Source of the DNA: Nitrospirota bacterium
Lineage (GTDB): Bacteria > Nitrospirota > Nitrospiria > Nitrospirales > Nitrospiraceae
NCBI GenBank assembly: GCA_963703955.1
Contig: CAVPGK010000005.1
Span: forward strand, 1-64,000
DNA: 64,000 nt
Direction: 5' to 3'
The number at the start of each line of letters is the position of its first letter. Position 1 is the stretch's first letter. A model generated the notes under the pieces. It made no database searches. It had not been told where the DNA came from and saw only the letters and a list, made by a program, of their open reading frames with translations. The translations under genes and the position numbers were made by a program. Shown here in pieces: positions 60,724-64,000 of this stretch.

Positions 60724-61794
60724 ATGCGTGAGCGGCGGTGGGAATCCCGGTCGGACTTGGATTTTAATGCCATATTGGCCGTCGGCGAACGGCTTGCCGG
60801 TCTGGGACTGAAACCGGCGACTCCCGCAAAAGAGATCATTTGCTATGTTGAAGAGTGGACGGTTGAAGGGCCTGAAGACATCGACCAACTCGATCCATGG
60901 TCGGTCGAGGATCTTACCCTGGTACACATTCGAGAACGATGGCAGGGGGATTTCTTCTTATTGGCGGGCGCCTACCATACGATTTACCAGCGGTATCAGG
61001 AAATCGGGACATACTGCTCGATCAGTCATCCCTGGCGGATTCGTACCCCTCTCCGCACACATTTTCCCAAAGCGATGTTCTGGCTCGGCTTTCGGCACGC
61101 GCATGCCTTCATCAGGGTACGCCTGCATACGACGGACGTGATTACGCCGGGCGAGACGCGAGCCGATGATCAGCGTGATCGTTGGCTGGATGAACGACAG
61201 CAAGCCTTCTGCGAAGCCATTAGGGTGCTCGACGTGCCGGTTCGATCACAGGTTGAGAACAAGAATGTGGCTCTTCGGTCCGAGCATGAGGGCGCGCCGC
61301 TCTTCTGTTCATGGCCGGACGCGTTCGGGCCCTGCCAGTTCGAATACAATTCATCCGATCCGTTTGAATTTCTGGTGCCGGCCAGCCGTATGGCGGCAAC
61401 ATACGGGGGAGAACCCGCGACCATACGGGCGTATTTGACCGGTTTTACCGAGTCAGCCCTGAAGGAATTTCAATCCGTGATCGCCGAGGCGAAGTCTGCC
61501 TACCGCTGTTCGGTCCACTGTCCGTTGGATGAATTGCCGGAGGTGCTCCAGAGCATCACGCCGGATGGCCGCCTCTATGCAACGCTGTGCGAGTTCCAGA
61601 CCCAGCAACTCCTGCCGGACGGTGAAGACGCCTCAGCGATCATCGGCATTGTGGGGGCGGACCATCGATTTCAGATTGAAGTGAGATTGAACCGTGCTCC
61701 GCTCAGTGAGGAGGGTATGCCTCCTTGGTTGGAAAAGCTCTTGGGCTTGCCAGTCGGCTACGCGCCGCTACCCCCATTTCCTGAGCCCCTGTGA
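60724..61794 (+). CDS. Hypothetical protein
   Basis: 356-aa ORF, GTGA-coupled to the next gene. Confidence 0.75.
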   Translation: MRERRWESRSDLDFNAILAVGERLAGLGLKPATPAKEIICYVEEWTVEGPEDIDQLDPWSVEDLTLVHIRERWQGDFFLLAGAYHTIYQRYQEIGTYCSISHPWRIRTPLRTHFPKAMFWLGFRHAHAFIRVRLHTTDVITPGETRADDQRDRWLDERQQAFCEAIRVLDVPVRSQVENKNVALRSEHEGAPLFCSWPDAFGPCQFEYNSSDPFEFLVPASRMAATYGGEPATIRAYLTGFTESALKEFQSVIAEAKSAYRCSVHCPLDELPEVLQSITPDGRLYATLCEFQTQQLLPDGEDASAIIGIVGADHRFQIEVRLNRAPLSEEGMPPWLEKLLGLPVGYAPLPPFPEPL

Positions 61795-62912
61795 CTTTTT
61801 CTGGTGCTCGCCTTCGATCCGCGCTGGCCAAACCTTTTCTGCCGGTTCTCTTTTTCTTCGGCGGCGTCACGTATGACACCATCACGTTGACGCGTATCGA
61901 CCGCTGGCTGGATAACCTCATTTTGCTTCTCTACCTGAGTGTGCTGGGCGTGCTGATTATTCTCAAAGGGCGCGCCGACTTGCGGATGGTTCCAGGGCAT
62001 GGGCAGGCCGATCAGTGGGGCGCCCTTGGATGGCTGGCCCGCGCTCAGCCGTATTATCCGATGGCGATTCAGTTTTTGCTGGGTGGGCTCTTTAGCGCAT
62101 ATACGATTTTCTACTCCCGAAGCGCGTCGCTGACCACAACGGCGGTGTTTTTCGGTGTCCTAGTCGCCTTTCTCGTCGCCAACGAATTTCTTCGGGACCG
62201 GTTGTCCAACTTGAGATTACTGGTTAGCCTGTATGCGCTCGTGACCTTCAGTTTCTTCACGTTCTTTCTTCCTGTGCTGACCGGTTTCATGAACACGGTC
62301 ATGTTTCTGCTCGGGGCGGTGTTGAGTTTGGGGGTCACGTTGCGGGTAGTGGAACTAGTGTATGAGAGCGTCCCGAACCGATCGCGGAAGGATGTCATCC
62401 TGACAGGACTGCCAGGGTTCGCTGTGGTCTGCGTGCTGGTCGGCTTTTATTTCCTCAATTGGATTCCACCGGTTCCCCTCTCACTCAAATTCGGCGGCAT
62501 TTACCATGAGGTCACAAGAAAGGACGGGGTTTTTCACCTGAGCCATGAAGAGGGCCGGTGGTATCAGTTTCTCAAACGATCTGATGATCCGTTTCGGGGA
62601 GAGGGACCGGTGTACTGTTTTACGGCGGTCTTTGCACCCGTGGATCTGAAAACGACGATCTACCATCGATGGCAACATCGGTCGTCGGGGACACGTTCGC
62701 CGCGGGGGTTTTCCCAAACAGACCGGATCGCGATCGCCATTTCCGGCGGTCGCAGCGAAGGGTATCGCGGGTACACGGTCAAGCAGCGGGTCGATCCAGG
62801 AGACTGGCGAGTGGATGTGGAAACAGAAGATGGCCGCATCGTTGGGCGTGTGAACTTCAAGGTAACCGAACCAGCCGGGGGCCCTCTGGAACTGCGCTCG
62901 TTCTCTTATTAG
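61791..62912 (+). CDS. DUF2914-type membrane protein
   Basis: Multi-TM N-terminus, IPPVPLSL, YCFTAVFAP, GGR..GYRGY, GDWRVDV. Confidence 0.85.
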   Translation: MTFSGARLRSALAKPFLPVLFFFGGVTYDTITLTRIDRWLDNLILLLYLSVLGVLIILKGRADLRMVPGHGQADQWGALGWLARAQPYYPMAIQFLLGGLFSAYTIFYSRSASLTTTAVFFGVLVAFLVANEFLRDRLSNLRLLVSLYALVTFSFFTFFLPVLTGFMNTVMFLLGAVLSLGVTLRVVELVYESVPNRSRKDVILTGLPGFAVVCVLVGFYFLNWIPPVPLSLKFGGIYHEVTRKDGVFHLSHEEGRWYQFLKRSDDPFRGEGPVYCFTAVFAPVDLKTTIYHRWQHRSSGTRSPRGFSQTDRIAIAISGGRSEGYRGYTVKQRVDPGDWRVDVETEDGRIVGRVNFKVTEPAGGPLELRSFSY

Positions 62913-62938
62913 GAGCGCAGAACCTCCGGATAGAATCT

Positions 62939-63589
62939 CTAGTTTCGCTGGCCCAACTTTTTTCGCAGCTCTTCCACTTCTTTCTCCAGCGATGCCATCT
63001 TAAGCTCTCGACCAATCACCGCCTCTTCGAACCGCTCAAGTTCATTGACGCTTTGTTGCAGGGAGATTCGCGACGCCCGCAGGTCCTTCATGACCTGCTC
63101 GTAGTCTCGTATCTTCTGCAGTAAACTTTCGTTGAGCTGGCGGATCTGTTCCTGAGTTTGCCTCAATTGCGTGTGGTCGCGCATGATTGTGCCGAACCCA
63201 AGGAGGGCTGAATCCCGCAGCGCGATGGTCACCCCGCATACCCACAGACGGGTGCCGTCCTTCCGCACGGCCCAACGGTCGTCGGAGGCCCGTCCCGATC
63301 TGGCGGCTTGCTCGAGTTCCCTCTCCGGAACGTGTTGATCGATCTCCTCGGGAAGGGAAAATGTCGAGAAAGGCCGGCCAAGAATCTCTTCGGCCCTGTA
63401 CCCCAGCAACCGTTCAGCCCCGGAGTTCCAGGTCGCCACGCGACCGGCGAGATCCATGAGGAAGATGGCGTAATCCGACGCCTCCTCGATAAGCAGACAG
63501 AAGAGCGCAGCCCGTTGCTCGATCATCTGCCGAAAATCGCGCTGGTCGCTCATAGCCCATGAGTGTAGATGGGCAGGAAAGCGCTGCAT
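62939..63589 (-). CDS. PAS plus coiled-coil protein without a kinase domain
   Basis: DYAIF.MD..G.V.TWNSGAE, RKDGT, IGRELKM coiled coil. Confidence 0.8.
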   Translation of the reverse strand: MQRFPAHLHSWAMSDQRDFRQMIEQRAALFCLLIEEASDYAIFLMDLAGRVATWNSGAERLLGYRAEEILGRPFSTFSLPEEIDQHVPERELEQAARSGRASDDRWAVRKDGTRLWVCGVTIALRDSALLGFGTIMRDHTQLRQTQEQIRQLNESLLQKIRDYEQVMKDLRASRISLQQSVNELERFEEAVIGRELKMASLEKEVEELRKKLGQRN

Positions 63590-63685
63590 ATCAGCTTCTT
63601 GGTTACGAGGAAATACCGGAGCGTCTGCGGCTAGACAAGTCAGACGGGACGTGAGGCGTAGAAGGGGGCCATTGGTTTTGAACGG

Positions 63686-63880
63686 TTAGGGCGAGCCCTT
63701 CTTCATGTCTCGCTTTGAGGTGTGCTGGAAAATGCACTTCGGGCAGGTGTAGTGAACAAACTTCCCGTCCGCGACGAGCCGTTTCAGCATCGTGACCTTA
63801 CACCACGTGCAGGCTCGGTCTGGTATAGTTGAGAGCGTTGCCGTGTCCGGTAACGCCTGATCTTTCGGGGAGGTCGACAT
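63686..63880 (-). CDS. Small zinc-ribbon protein
   Basis: CTWC..CPKC; GGAG RBS before ATG 63880. Confidence 0.65.
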   Translation of the reverse strand: MSTSPKDQALPDTATLSTIPDRACTWCKVTMLKRLVADGKFVHYTCPKCIFQHTSKRDMKKGSP

Positions 63881-64000
63881 GTCGGCATTCTCTCCGAGAG
63901 AGGACAGGCTTGTCAATGCACGGAGAGGACTGGACAGTGCGGGGACGGCTTGTATATAGTGCTGCGCCATTGTCTTTCCCCCCTCACCGCTTTTTCAAGA

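Overview
GC-rich bacterial chromosome segment. Gene content and intergenic repeats point to a Nitrospira-like organism (inference). Four parts: (i) 1-14.3 kb is a patchy accessory region: exported truncated haemoglobin, orphan sensors, gene relics, a DnaA-box cluster, and a sigma54 activator with its own sigma54 operon (membrane protein, OsmC-like, TPR, sulfite-oxidase-family Mo enzyme). (ii) 14.5-33.1 kb is a + strand signalling island: REC/PAS/GAF proteins, three kinases, a solute-binding protein, a FadL-type porin and a di-haem cytochrome c. It carries three copies of one promoter cassette: tandem GTATC-N6-GATAM boxes, an IHF site and a sigma54 -24/-12 element. (iii) 33-57.6 kb is mostly - strand core genes: lolA, ftsK, rsmA, pdxA, larC, larB, gpsA, a split ArgZ/AgrE-like pair, hpnA and ispA. 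(iv) 57.7-64 kb holds small Cys-rich and hypothetical genes, including a PHD-like C4HC3 finger. About ten small frameshifts, several in homopolymers, suggest long-read indel errors. No rRNA, tRNA, CRISPR array or intact transposase was seen. All product calls come from motif recognition by eye; no searches were run.
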